From Wallemia ichthyophaga EXF-994 (taxonomy: Eukaryota; Fungi; Basidiomycota): 248,000 nt of DNA. A program made the position numbers and the translations under genes. Positions 220,369 through 234,599 of this stretch are shown here, in pieces; the stretch's first letter is position 1; every line of letters begins with the position of its first letter. Location of the stretch: contig NW_008806284.1 in assembly GCF_000400465.1 (NCBI RefSeq), positions 20,001 through 268,000 of the forward strand, in the 5' to 3' direction. The notes under the pieces are model-generated. The model saw only the letters and a program-made list of their open reading frames with translations, was not told the origin of the DNA and ran no database searches.

Positions 220369-223300
220369 ATGTCTACCCATGATGAAAAACCAGTAAGAGA
220401 GGGTGAAATTCCTTCAAAGGAGCAAGTGCCTCAAGAGGATGATGAATCACCTGGAGCTGAGTACTCGGCTTTGGTCAACTACATTCAAAATGTTGAACTT
220501 AGAAAGGGTGATGACGAAGCCCAAGAGGAAGACGACGTTACTTACAAACGCGTAAGTTTTTTAGGTTTCACCTAAATGGTATTTTTAACACGCGTTTAGA
220601 AATGGTATGCGCCTTGGAAAAAAGTTGAAATTAGACAACAAGGCGCAACTGTTCCTCCCGATTGGCTTACTGCCACTCACGCTTCAGGTGGTTTAAAGTC
220701 ATCCGACGTTGAACCACGCCGTAAGCGCTTTGGTTTCAACGAATTAGAATCTCCAGAAGAGAATCACTTCCTCAAATTCCTTGGTTTCTTCAGAGGCCCT
220801 GTTCTCTACGTTATGGAAGGTGCCGTCGCTCTTGCGGGTGGTCTTCGTGAATGGGTCGATTTCGGTGTCATTATTGGTATTCTTCTCCTCAACGCTTTCG
220901 TCGGTTTCTATCAAGAAAAACAAGCTGGTGATATTGTGGCCCAACTTAAAGCTGGTATCGCTCTGCGTACTACCGTTGTCCGCGACGGTCAAGAGACTGA
221001 AGTCGAAGCACGCGAACTTGTTGTTGGTGATATCGTCGTTATTGAAGAAGGTGCGACAATTCCAGGTGATTGTGAACTTCTTGCGGACTACAAGGATAAG
221101 GATGGCTCAAAAGCTGCCGACATCCTTCAAAAAGTCAAGGAAGACGCAAAGAGAGAAAAAACTGACGACGACGAAGAAAAGTTCGGCAAAGGTCCATCAA
221201 TTTTGGCCGCTGATCAATCCGCTATTACTGGTGAATCCTTAGCTGTTGACAAGTATGTTGGTGACATTGCTTTCTACACCACCATCTGTAAGCGTGGTAA
221301 GGTTTATGCACGTGTCAAGATGAGTGCACCAATCTCTTTCGTCGGTAAAACTGCTGCCCTTGTTTTAGGCTCGAACGACAAGGGTCACTTCGTTAAGGTC
221401 ATGAACATTATCGGTGGTACTCTCTTGGTTCTTGTCATTGTCTTCTTGTTCGCTGTCTGGATTGGTGGTTTCTTCCGTAACGTAGAGATCGCCCAACCAA
221501 GAGACAATAACTTACTTGTCTACACTCTTATCTTCGCTGTCATTGGTGTCCCAGTTGGTCTTCCAGTTGTTACCACCACTACTCTCGCCGTCGGAGCTGC
221601 TTATCTGGCTAAGCAACAGGCCATCGTTCAACAACTCACCTCCATCGAGTCTCTCGCCGGTTGTGATATTCTCTGTTCCGATAAGACTGGTACCCTTACA
221701 GCCAACAAACTTTCTATTCACGAACCATACACGGCTGAAGGTGTCGACATGGACTGGATGATGTGTGTTGCTGCTCTTGCCTCATCGCACAACGTCAAGT
221801 CTTTGGACCCTATCGACAAGATCACCATTTCTACCCTTAAGGAATACCCTCGCGCCACCGAAATGCTTAAGACTGGATGGATCACCAAGGACTTTAGACC
221901 TTTCGACCCAGTGTCCAAGCGTATTACTTCAATTGTTGAGCGCGACGGTGTTACCTACACTTGTGCCAAGGGTGCTCCAAACTCTATTCTCAAGATGTGC
222001 AACTGTCCACCACAAATTGCTCAAGCATTCCGTGACCAAACTATGGAGTTTGCTTCTAGAGGTTTCCGTTCCCTTGGTGTTTCAGTTCAAGAAAACAACG
222101 GTGATTGGCAAGTTCTTGGTTTACTTCCTATGTTCGATCCTCCACGTCACGATACTGCTGCCACTGTTGGTGAAGCGATTAAGCTCGGTGTTGGTGTGAA
222201 AATGTTGACTGGTGATGCCGTTGCTATCGCTAAGGAGACTTGTAAAATGCTCGGTATGGGCACTAAGGTGAGAAGTTTCTCTTCTTTTCAGTCCTTTCTA
222301 ACTTTTCGTAGGTTTATGACTCTCACAGACTTATTGGTGGTGGTTCTATGGCAGGTTCTGAAATGCACGACTTCATTGAATCCGCCGATGGATTTGGTGA
222401 AGTTTTCCCAGAACACAAGTACCAAATTGTTGAGATGCTTCAACATCGTGGTCACTTGACGGCCATGACTGGTGATGGTGTTAACGATGCCCCAGCCCTT
222501 AAAAAGGCCGATTGTGGTATTGCAGTCGAAGGTGCTTCAGACGCTGCTCGTTCAGCTGCTGCCGTTGTTTTCCTTGACGAAGGTCTTTCAACCATTATTA
222601 CTGCAATTAAGGTCGCTCGTGAAATTTTCCACCGTATGAAGGCTTACATTGTTTATCGTATCGCTCTCTGTCTTCATTTGGAAATCTACCTTACACTCTC
222701 TATCCTCATTATGAACGAAACTATTCGTGCAGACTTGATTGTCTGGATTGCATTGTTCGCTGATTTAGCCACAGTCGCTGTTGCATACGATAATGCCCCA
222801 TACGCACTTACTCCAGTTTCGTGGCAATTACCAAAGATATGGATCATGTCAACTGTTCTTGGTGCAATTCTCGCAGGTGGTACTTGGATTCTTAGAGGTA
222901 CGCTTTTCCTCAACAGCGGTGGTGTTATCCAAAATTGGGGTGGTATCGAGCACATTCTCTTCTTGGAGGTTTGTCTCACTGAGAACTGGTTGATTTTCTT
223001 AACCAGAACCGGTGCTGGTGAATTCAAGTGGCCATCATGGCAATTGGTTGGTGCTATTGGTGGTGTAGATATCCTTGCAACTCTCTTCACCCTGTTCGGT
223101 TGGTTCCACGCTGAAGATGACATGCACAACGGTCACACCGACATTGTCACTGTTGTTAAGGTTTGGTGTTTCTCTATCGCTGTTATGGTTATCTGTACCC
223201 TTGCGTACGTTATCATGAACAACTGGAAGTGGTTGGACAACCTCGGAAAGAGACAAGTTGGAAAGGTAGACAGACGCGTTGAGGACTTCATGAACGAGTT

Positions 223301-223388
223301 GCAACGTATCACTATCGTACATGAAAGATCTGATAGAGATGTCTACAGACTCTACGGTAGATCTCAAGGTCTTGATTCCGACAGTTAA
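220369..223388 (+). CDS. PMA1: Plasma-membrane H+-ATPase
   Basis: VPVGLP, CSDKTGT, KGAP, MTGDGVNDAPALK. Confidence 0.96.
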
Positions 223389-223618
223389 ATGAGTTAATTA
223401 AATAGTGGTAAATTTTTAATTACTGGATTAATTACAGCAAATTCTAAACAATTCATTTTCAAGATTCTGACCTTATAGAAACATTTCTAGTTTTTTTTAA
223501 TTCTAATACTAACTTCAATCATTCATTAATTTGCTCTTTTGTGGCTACACCAAACTAGAAAATCTTTTTGTTAAATATAAATACATATTTGTTGTTTAAG
223601 TCAAGCAGTTCTTCGATT

Positions 223619-224249
223619 TCATAAGTTTTGTTGCATCTTTTTAATTGACTTTTCAAGTGACCGTAGTCGTGCGTCGTCTTGTTCGAGTAATGACGTCATC
223701 TTGTTCATGTGCTTCTTGAATGCCTCATTTTGATCTTCAAGCGTACTGTTATGTCCTTTGAGCTCTGTTACTTTCTTCTGTAGTCCACGTATCTTCTCGT
223801 TGTGCATCAGTATTAGCCCTTTCAGCTTTGCCATCTCTGAAACTGTTTTATCTTCTACATACGGCTCCGAATCACTCTGGCTATTTGGGTAAACAGAGAC
223901 GTTGCCAGAGCTCAAGTCAAGTGTGAATGTATTTCTAATGTGCTCCAATTCGTACGGCACGTCTTTGTACATCCTCCCCGCTAATGACTTGCAGCGATTA
224001 CATCTTAGCCAAACATACACTGCGCCGTAATCTTCAGATTTCTTACTCTGAAATCTATCTGCGGTGATCTCCAGATTATCGGTCACAGCTAATGATATCA
224101 ATATTTCGTTTCGTAGAGCTACGCGACGTACAACTCAGAGTAACACAGCTAAAAGCAATAGGCTGGCCAAATGGTGCAACGCCATCACCGAGAACCAATG
224201 CGCAGTGTATACATTGGAATAATTTTGTCCTGCCTTCGCTCTCGGCCAT
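223619..224249 (-). CDS. MIS18: Mis18 (Yippee fold plus coiled coil)
   Basis: FQCIHCALVLGD...LRCNRC...GRMY...RNTFTL; C-terminal coiled coil. Confidence 0.8.
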
Positions 224250-224264
224250 CGTTGCACCCGTTCT

Positions 224265-226504
224265 ATGATGATGGTTCAAGATAAGGGCGAGACGCCTATG
224301 AAAATTGAGCAGATGGCTTCGCTCGCGCTGAGTATATTGACTCTGCTCATCATCTGCTCTCTCTGCTTGTCGTACTTCCTCCAGCAGAAGAAAATTAGGT
224401 CCGTACACGAGACTGTGATAGCGGTGTTTGCAGGTGATTATAGGTGCTTTGAGGTGGTATACGGTCTCTAAAAGTTTCCAGGTATGGTCGTCGGTCTGAT
224501 TATCAGGCTTAGTCCTGGTCATATCATTCGCGAAATGGTGGTCAGTTCATCCACTTCTTCAAGCATACGCTTACTCACACAATGAAAGACCTTCTCGCCG
224601 TCTCTCTTCTTTAACCTTCTTTTACCTCCAAGTTCGTTTCACTACGACACTCCTCCGACCCTAACACGCTTCTCGCACAGTTATACTCGATTCCGGCTAT
224701 AGACTACGTGAAGCGCATTTCTTCAGAAACATTATACCAATCCTCACTTTCGCATTGGCTGGCACTTTCATTTCGGCTGTCGTTATCGGGTAGGTTGCTT
224801 CAATCTATCAAGTCTTGAGCCACGCTCATTTATCCCAATAGTTTCGTCGTCTACGTCTTCTCTTTTTTACACATTTCCAGTCTCCAGATTAGTTTGGTGG
224901 AGTGTCTCATTCTCGGCTCAACGCTCTCAGCTACCGATCCAGTCACCATTTTGGCAATTTTTAACACTTTCAAGGTAGATCCAAAGCTCTACTCTGTTAT
225001 ATTCGGTGAAAGTATCCTCAACGATGCCGTCTCTATCGTCCTTTATGAAACTCTAAGCCAATTCCATGGCGCTGACTTGAAAATGTCTTCCTTCTTCAGA
225101 GGCGCTGGTATTTTCTTCCTTTCGTTCAGTGGTTCTATGGCTCTCGGTGTGACCTTTGCCTTGGCTTGTAGTCTGGGTTTAAAACACTCCAAAGTCGGCT
225201 CCTTCCCCGGTATTGAAAGCTGTTTGGTGTCACTTATCGCCTACACTTCCTACTTTTTTTCGAACGGTATTGGCATGAGTGGTTTGTCAGCCTTTCACAG
225301 CTTTATAATCCCATTCTCATTTCACTCCAGGTATCGTGTCTCTCATTTTCTGCGGTATCACTCTGAAGCACTATGCTTACCACAATATGAGTACGAAGAC
225401 ACAACGAACTACCAAATCCATGTTTCATGTCCTTGCGCAACTCTCCGAAAACTTCATTTTTGTGGGTTTAACGGTTACTTGAGACAATTTCAACTCAATC
225501 TTTCTAGATCTACCTCGGTATCACTCTTTTCACGCAAGATGCTACGGAATTCAAGCCTATATTCATCGTTGTTGCTAGTCTGGCTGTCGTCATTGGTAGA
225601 TATATGACAGTATTTCCACTCTCCAAAGCCATCAATATGGTATACAGGTCAAAAGGACAAAGAGCTCCCGAGCTGCCACATAGCCATCAAGTGAGAGAAT
225701 CGTTTTCTTGCAACTTTAGCGCTGACGTTTATCACCCAGATGATGCTCTTCTGGGCTGGCTTGAGAGGTGCAGTTGGCGTAGCCTTGGCAGCTGGCATCA
225801 CAGGCAAGAACGCAGCAGCGCTGCGCACAACAGTTCTGATCGTCGTCGTATTGACTGTCGTCGTCTTCGGTGGCACGACATCTAGAATGCTGGAGGTGAT
225901 GGGCATCAAGATGGGTGTTGAAGATGATGAGGCGTCAAGCGATGAAGAGGACGACTATCCAACGCCTTCAGGAGTCAGGGGAGGATTGAGCAACTATCAA
226001 TACTTTAATCACCAAACAGAAGCATTGTCTCCGCAATACCAAGACAATGATATAGAAGAGGGAATCAACTTAGTGATTCCGAAGCAGCAGGATGTAAATC
226101 TCAAACAGGCAACTTCCTCAGCATCCCTTCAAAAGTCAAATTCGCCTTCGAAACGTGGAGAATCTACAGATAGGCGATCTAAGAGTTTGAATGCTGGCAG
226201 TTCAAGCAAACAACCAGTGCTCGATCTCGAGGATGATGACAATGAAGTGTTGCCCGTAGCAAACACCTCGAAAATTCCAAACAATCATGACCATGAGGGT
226301 GATATGGATAACAGCAGATTTGTTTTCAAAGACGGAAAGTGGTTCACTGACCTGGACGAAAGATACCTACTGCCACTTTTTAGCAATAGCGTTGCCAGTC
226401 GGCGTCACAATGCACGCAAAACTAACTCCAGACGTAATCTGCAGGAAGCAGAATCCAGTCCGTCTAACAACTCTAATTTAAGTCTCAATGAAGGCGGCTT
226501 ATAA
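224265..226504 (+). CDS. NHX1: Endosomal Na+(K+)/H+ exchanger
   Basis: SATDPVTILAIF, IFGESILNDAV, WAGLRGAV. Confidence 0.95.
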
Positions 226505-226519
226505 TGTGCTGAATTAGTT

Positions 226520-229500
226520 GGTTATTTGCCTGTTTGTATTCTTGAATATGCATCAGTGCGCTTATCGAATTGTATACGTTGTAAAGGTCACCACAAGTGA
226601 TTCTCTTCTTCATTCAACTTACATCACTATGTGCGACGAGAAATTACGGGTTAGAGGATGTTGTGAGAGCCCTGAAAAGTATATTCTGATATATTGTACC
226701 ATCCTTGGATTTCGTTGTTGCCTTTGCTTAGTCACATATTAGCTGGAGAAATGGATATGTGAAAGAGATTAATACGCATTTTAATAGCTTATTGAATTTT
226801 TACATATATCATGACATCCATTCTCTTCAATACACCCCAAAAAAAAGTCAATCTGGGAAACTTCTCCGCATCTCTAATGATGTCAAGATTTGTTTTGGGA
226901 TGACAGGGTGATGAAAATGGTTCTTTTAGGACTATCAAACGCTTGCAGTAGTATGAGCTGTTTAATTGAATTGCGTATACTCAAGATTAAGTGAGAAGAC
227001 GAATGCAGAGATACAATATACGGACAAATTGGATAATTTAGCAAAGTCAGTATTTCGTGAAATTCCTGTTCTTTCGAACATCACCTCGTCTCAGCCTTAC
227101 TCTCAATAGCCCCTGAGTTGGATTCTCGACCACCACTATATCTCATCTCAGATGACTGATTTACGAGTTTTTATAATGTCCAAATAAAAAAGCTTCATAT
227201 ATAGCCCTACATGAGCTGTGCAAGATGTTGCCAGATATATGTCCCTGAGCATTTGTTCGCGCCCTGTAGACTCTTCGGAAGTTAGAATACAACGTCGTTC
227301 AGGAGCACGCTTTAGGTTAAATATAAAGGATTTCACTCGCTTCATTGATTTTAACAAAATTTATCAGCTAATACAGATTACAAGCACCCAAGATCTCATT
227401 TATTCGGCTGTACAAACGCGATTTACGTTTTCCGACTATTAGCGTCCCCAGGAATTAAGCTGGCTGCATGAAAAAGTTTTTAAACATGCAGGATCATCGC
227501 AACAATATTGAAACCACTTAATGCAATAAAAGTTGAAGGTATCTCAGTACTAAATTTGGGGCTTTGGCTCGATCGGGTGACTTTAGAAATATGGATAATC
227601 ATCGTAGAGAGGTTATCAATGCTGCTTTGGACCCTTGTTATTCGCGGCTTATTATGGTAGAGCCTTTTAAGCTACCACATTAGCTTTCCAGCAGCAAGTC
227701 ACATCTGACTAAAAGAGTACAAAGTTATCACTACGCTATTCATGAAAAACTTACCTTAATTTTCTTTTCGATTTCACTAGCTACCGAATGATACCGATAT
227801 CGCTCATGTTATCACTTGTTTTGGTGCTATCATGGACAGACTGAACATGCTATCGTAAGACTACCGAAGCATACCAATTCCTTCAACTGGCAAAATTCAC
227901 AGAAGCTCGTGTGCTCTAATGATACATTTTGCTTTTTAAAGCGAAACATAGACCACAATCACCCAAGTTGCACAAGTACATACCTTTCAAAACGCGTGTT
228001 ACAAAGTCAGACGCACTGACTTTAGCGATTTCGACAAAAATCAATTTTGTTGTCAGGAATAACTTATTACCACTACGTAATTTCAGAAAAGAAGGAGTAG
228101 ATGTCACTCCAACTTTGAAATCGGGCGTTTAGCTTCTGATCAGTGCATTTCAAATTTTCATAAAATAGGGTGAATAGAAAGGTGGTTAAGACAATATGGA
228201 ATTTTATATGTCATGATTATAGGAATGTATGTTTTTGGATGCCAAGTCGCACTTAACCCCCACCGGCCTCAATTCCTGTACTTGCTGGTAACACGCCTTA
228301 GCAGCCATCGCACCTCAACGAGCTGACAACATCATTCGTTTCTGTAATACCAGGAAATACTTCTGGTGTGTCATTTGGAAGAGACGCTAGGATTTCAAGT
228401 TGCAGGGGAACTAGTTCAGGCTGCAAAAAAATGACTTGTTCAAATTTCGAAGATCAAAATGACTACGCAGGGAACGAGACCTAGACAAAATTAAGCTAAT
228501 AAGTCATTGCCTTTAATTACAATTAACGCTTTGTCTTATCAATTAATTTAATCTGCCCGTCCTAAAACTGTGAAACCCATGGGTAAACGTCGTATTCTAA
228601 CTCTGTGTTGATTCTACGACGTATGAGTCAAAAAATAAAGAAAGCCATATGCTTGATTCACTAACGTATAGCCTATATATGTCAGGCTTCCATCTCCTAA
228701 AAACGAAATGAAGGGAGATATGGTTATTTCCAACGAATGGTATGTAAATGCTTACGTTATCGCAACAAAAATCGTGAGCAAACGGAAATAATAATTAACG
228801 GGATTGTACGAACGTCTTTAAAAGACACCTGAAGAGGCATCTACATTACTCATTTTGTCAAATATATGTTGATTTCAAAATTTGTATTAATTTTATCTCT
228901 TTTAGGTGTACAGGCCATTCCCCAACCAAACAAACTGAAACTTAAGAAATTAAGGATTTGTAATCTGTGAGTACTGAAGAGCCACGATACCTTGTACTAC
229001 ATATTGTATTTTATGGCTGTAAAAGCCAATTCTCAGGCAATTAAAGCAGATATGTTAGTTGATGGACCCTTTCTTTATTCCACATACTTCTTACCATCTT
229101 AAATTACCATACATGAATCTGTGACTGCTTTATTAGTTGACTTATTTTATAATTGAACCCTTATCGGCTAGTGTTCTCAGAAAATATCCATATTGTAGAC
229201 TACGAAGGCCAAGCTGCTTTCCCACAGTTGTAATATTGCAATATTAGCTTACAGTTTTTGCTGTGAAAGCTATTTATCAAGTTAAAATCCTAGGCTTGAC
229301 AGTGCATTCTCAACAGATAAAGTGAAATTAGTTTGAAAACTTCGATAAGTAACGAAAACAAATCGAAACGACTCCTGCGTCACAACGTAATGCAGGACAT
229401 ACCTGTAATATAAAATCTGTTAAAAGCTGCAGGCTGTCAATAGCACAAGAGTAGAAAAAGATAAAAATTAAGCAGAAGACAATTTTATAGTTCAACATCT

Positions 229501-232500
229501 AGTATTGTTGTCCAAAACCTGAAAAAATATAAACAACGAATATTACTTAAGGTATACTTAAAAGAATACAGGCCATTAAAAAGACATTTGACTTTAACCC
229601 TTATAAATTCAATTATTGTTAAGGCAGGCTTTTGTCCGTTAAGTTAGACGTCTTTTGTTACTCCTACATCTTTTTAAAACGGATGAAACTGTATTTATCA
229701 TGAATATTCACTCTAGCTTAACCATGAAAAGATAATTTAATAACAAAGGCTTAGACGTTATAGTTTTCAAGATCACTGAAACATTTAAGAGCCAAGTCAA
229801 CAGCCTTGAATCTAATATGGTAAAAGTATTTTCAAGTATACCGAGAACAACTTATGACAATTAATAGTTTTGATTCATTGCGATAAGTTGGTATTCTTCC
229901 GTGTTCGACAAATTTTGTATATTCATTTCAAGTTTACATCTGGTTTTAATGCGAATTAAAAGCTATGTCTTTGATTGACTATGAGTCACCCATGATTCTA
230001 ATCTTTACAAAAATGCAATCAATATTGCATTCTCTTGTAAGAAGTAGTCAAACTTAGCGATTGTGATTTCCTTCATGTGAATTAATATCAAAAAAATAAC
230101 AGTATGATCGTTGTAATCCATAATTTTTAAGATTTAGCATTTATTGTGGTTACAAATATCAACACTGCAAAGTCTGAATGAGATTGAGATTGGTTTAGAG
230201 AAATTTACGTTGGAGACTCTATTGGCATGGGTGATCTTTAAAAAGATGTTCGACTTCATGGATTAAAATTAACCTTATAAGAATGTTTTGAATCATAAAG
230301 TGCTTTCGAGAGACTTGCACAACACCTAATGTTGTGCGGCTAACCAATATTTGTCAATAATGAACATGTAGAACTTTTTAATTAAATTTGTGGATACAAA
230401 CTGAAAAAGTCTGATACGGTTTCACGGGATTCACTTTTCAAATTATGAGATTACTCTCTTTCATGCGAAGTTTAAAAGTATTTTCAATTCTACCTCTTCA
230501 GCTACCATGGCTAAGCTGGTGTATATTTATTATATATTTTCAGGAACTTTATTCACAGTAGGGCCTTTTTCACCAAAGGTCAGTTTTATTGAACAAATTT
230601 ACGAGATAATCCCCCATGTATTATACTATGAGTGGGGTTCAGTATGGATTCAGAGTAACATGTATTAAGATCGTAGACTTATTTTTACTACTTTCAAAGT
230701 CATACCACTAATCGCAATCCGAAAGCTTTTGTGTAAAAAATTAGGCAAAAACATAAAGTCGTTTTGTGGTTTGAACGCAATAAAACGGTCGTAAATAAAC
230801 AATTATTTGTTACGGTTGCCATGGAATTAACAATAAGAAAGTAAACAGTATATAAGGTTTCATTCGCTCTCAGCATGAAGTTGTTAGTGAGCATATACCA
230901 GGGAGTTGCTAAGCATTCAAAGAACATATATTGTTTTGAATAGAAACATTAATGACATGTAATGATGGTTGTTCTTACTAACTTGAAACCATCATGCGAT
231001 TCTGAAGATGTACTAGCAAAGCAAAAAGTCTAGCTCAAGTTTACCAAGAGCCTTTAATTACTCAGCAGGAAGAGTACAGATATATCTTCTTGTTACAGAT
231101 CCTAGTGCTCATAATTAGGCAATTTAAATATGCGTTGAAGTATGATCCTCATAGTGTGTACAAGGCGAAAGATACGATCAGATGATTTATCGGTTCGCTT
231201 TTCTGTTACTTTAAAAATATCTTACCCACGTTAATGCAAAGTAGCATACTAATGGAGAAAATTGATCTCCTCGTTCTTATTTATGCGATCATGGCATTTC
231301 TAAATTGGAATCCTAATAAATTTCAGTTGGTCCATTCTTGTTTGTTTAGTTATTTTTTTTTTCAAATGTCACTCTTAGCTCACGCCACTTTTAAGTTATT
231401 TTGTGCGGAAAAGTGTGGGGCGCTCCACAAAAAGTGCAGAGTTTTGCGTGGACCATTGAAAAGTTATGCACTCGTCTGATACAGTATAAGAATTTCTATT
231501 CGTTTGAATGGAGCTAATACACCACATAATGTGTCTTTATCGCATATCAACTACAGGTGCTTAAGTAGCATAGCCATTCTCACCCTCAAGGATACCTTCA
231601 AAGTAATGGTTTAGTAAAATCGGACTATGAGCCTTTATTGAACCGCAAAATACTGCCAAATACTTTAAATTCAGGTTCAATCGTGTCAAAGGCTCGAAAT
231701 AATGAGAAATACATGTTGTTATCATTGACATTCTGTCTAATTTAGGTAGAAAATGGTTGACAATAATTAAGTCAACGTGTTTTTTTTTTTTTTCGGACAC
231801 GGATATCGCATCTTCGCTCAATCTTAGGACGTCAAGAGCTTTCGACTTGGCCAGCGAGTTCAACAACGATTGTTTATGCAATTCGTGCCATTATTGCGCC
231901 CAGGAAAGCACAATTTCGTCAAGTCTCAACTTATCAAGCATCTCACCTCCACTTAATTTGTATTATAGAATATCGCCGACCGCGGACCATCAGGGTAACT
232001 TCACATTTTCTCCTAAAGTTAGCCTTACCAGTGCACTCATTTGGCAGTTTTATGAGCAGGTGTGTTGCGACTCTGATCAGTGCATGATCTTCCTTTATAT
232101 TGTTGAACTCATTATGGCTTAAGCGCTCTTGGGCGTTCTTTTATTAAATTGACCTGCTGGTTTTCAGAATTTAGTAAATGTAGGTATATCTGTATAATTC
232201 GCAATTTTTTCAACAGTTTTTGCACCTATTTATGATATATAGCTATATTTGCTCAATTTTTATTGATGTTATGTCTTATCATATTACTTCCATCGCACAA
232301 CGAAGTATTTAGCAAATCTTGCAAGTGACAGGCTGCAGGATTGCGGATTGGCTTCTAAGCGAATAAGCAGATAGAACATGTGAAATTAGTGAAATAAATT
232401 TAGAGTCGTCGTGAGAAATGGCGCGTGATGACAATTGGATAAAAATGTTTGGATTACATTCGTTGATTTACACTGATGAAATGGAATATGAAGAAATATG

Positions 232501-233090
232501 GACGTGAATTCGGCGGTATGGGTGGCGTACGAAGCGTTTAACAGCAAGGATTTTGATATCTACCTCACGCCTTTCGTCAATGCTTTTAATTTTTATCTTC
232601 AACTTAATGCTTATAATATTTAAAGGTCTCATTGACTTGAGAAATAATTTGGGCCCAGCCAATTATTCCAATAATAGTGGTTTTATTATGCACTCACAAT
232701 ACTCAGGACATGTCTTTTTTTAGTTGCCCCGAAGAAAGCTAATTGAAAGACTTCCATGACGAACATTATTTCAACTCAAAGTAGAAAAAATGTAAGACAA
232801 CTGGTATACTTCTTTATCGAGCTTTTGCAATGATATTTTGAGAACTGAATGAATATCCTGGAGATTATGGTTATCATTGAATAACTAATTTCCCTAAGGA
232901 GATCTTTAGCCCAATAATCATAGATCAGCTTCATTTGCGCCATCACCAACTAACACTCTGCGCAAATCTTTCGCCTGTCACCCAATTCCCTTACTCCTTC
233001 AAGTTCAAGCGTGTAAAAGTATTCTAATTTTTAAAGATTTGCTTTTAGCTCATGCATTCATACTGTAAAACAAATTTTCTAAAACAACGC
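226520..233090. other. AT-rich gene desert, centromere candidate
   Basis: About 6.5 kb with no ORF above ~120 aa and no recognisable gene; visibly AT-rich core ~228.3-231.2 kb. Confidence 0.45.
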
Positions 233091-233101
233091 GATTTAATAA
233101 T

Positions 233102-234266
233102 CTAATAATCACCTATCATAATCTTAATAGCGGGCCTTCCATTCTCATCTTTGCCATTTGAAAGTGTCTCGAAGGCGTTTTTGCTGTCGCTGAGTTTAAA
233201 TTTGTGAGTGACGAGCGAATCAGCCGATGCGAGCTTGTTAGCAGCGAACATTTCAAGAGCATCGTCGTACGTGTTTGAATACCTGAAAACGCCAACTAAA
233301 TCGACTTCTCTAAATGCTGCCGCCGATACCGGCAATGTGGCATTTGGGGTTCCCATACCGATGTAAACAACTTTTCCACCGGCTTTGGCTGCATAAATCG
233401 CAGCTTGCATACATGTTTCCACACCTGTACACTCAAACACTACATCGTAGCCATCACTACTGGACTGTCCGAGTATGCTATCAGCTGTGTTCTTTGAAAT
233501 TTCAAGCGATTCCGCGGGCGACGAAGGACGTGGTCCAAGAGGGAGCAGAACAGTGTTATCAGCGAAGCTCTTTTCCAATGCGAATTTAAGTCTGTTCTCA
233601 TCAATATCTATTACCGTGACCTTAGTTGCACCCTGTGCCTTGACGACCGAAGCAGCCAGTAAACCTACGGCACCAGCGCCAAAGATGGCAACATGGTGAC
233701 CTGCTCTAACCCCAGAACGTCTACTTCCATGCAAGACGACACTCAATGGCTCCACCAGCGAAGCTTGCTCGAACGACACATTATCAGGCATTTTGTGCAA
233801 GAGTCTAGCAGGATGAGTGAAACACGTCTGGAGAGTTCCATCCAAGTGCGGATATGTTTTGGCCGATGAAGCAAACCTCAACCCCGGACAGAGGTTGTAT
233901 CTGCCACTCTTACACAGGCTGCAACTCGAGCAGTAAATACCGGCTTCAATGGCCACCCTGTCACCTGGCTGGATGTGCGACACGCCTTTACCGACAGAGG
234001 TGACGATTCCGGCAGCCTCATGTCCCATAGCGAGTGGCTCCCGTATCACGAAGTCCCCGTTGCGGCCATGACGGTAGTAGTGCAGATCTGAGCCACACAG
234101 CCCAGTTGCTTTGACGTCTACTTGGGCGTCGAGCTCTCCAACTTGCACAGCTGGACGTACTTCCTAAAGATCATCAGTGTCTTGGAGAACAGAGCCGGCG
234201 TTACTCACGAGTCGCAAGTCCTTTGCGCCGTGAAGTGTAGCAATAAGATTTGTTTGGGTGGACATG
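233102..234266 (-). CDS. Sorbitol/xylitol dehydrogenase (MDR)
   Basis: GLCGSDLHYY, GHEAAG, CxxCxxCxxxxxxxC, GAGAVG. Confidence 0.93.
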
Positions 234267-234599
234267 ATGAGTTTATTGAAGAAAGGGAGGCATAGTGGTC
234301 AGTTTTACCGACTTGATGGAGTTCGTCCCGGTAGTACGAGAATGTCGGACATGACAATTCATTGAAAGGGTTTCAAAAGTTGCTTGCAGGACGCCGCGTG
234401 GTCAATTTATGTTACGTTGAAATTTATACTATTTTTAAAGAATTACCTGTAATCTTTGGCTGTCGTCATCTTCCGGGTTTATCGCAGATAGGATGAGCTC
234501 AGCTACTTGGGCGAAATCATCTAGCTCGGCAGTATTTATTACGTTAATCTTATCACATCGAAGCTATACAGTACAATACAAAACTGTTTTCAGCTGCAG

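Noticed and set aside
194642-226504. ENA1, PMA1 and NHX1 within ~32 kb as an ion-homeostasis cluster
   Set aside because: Separated by about a dozen unrelated genes; compatible with chance.
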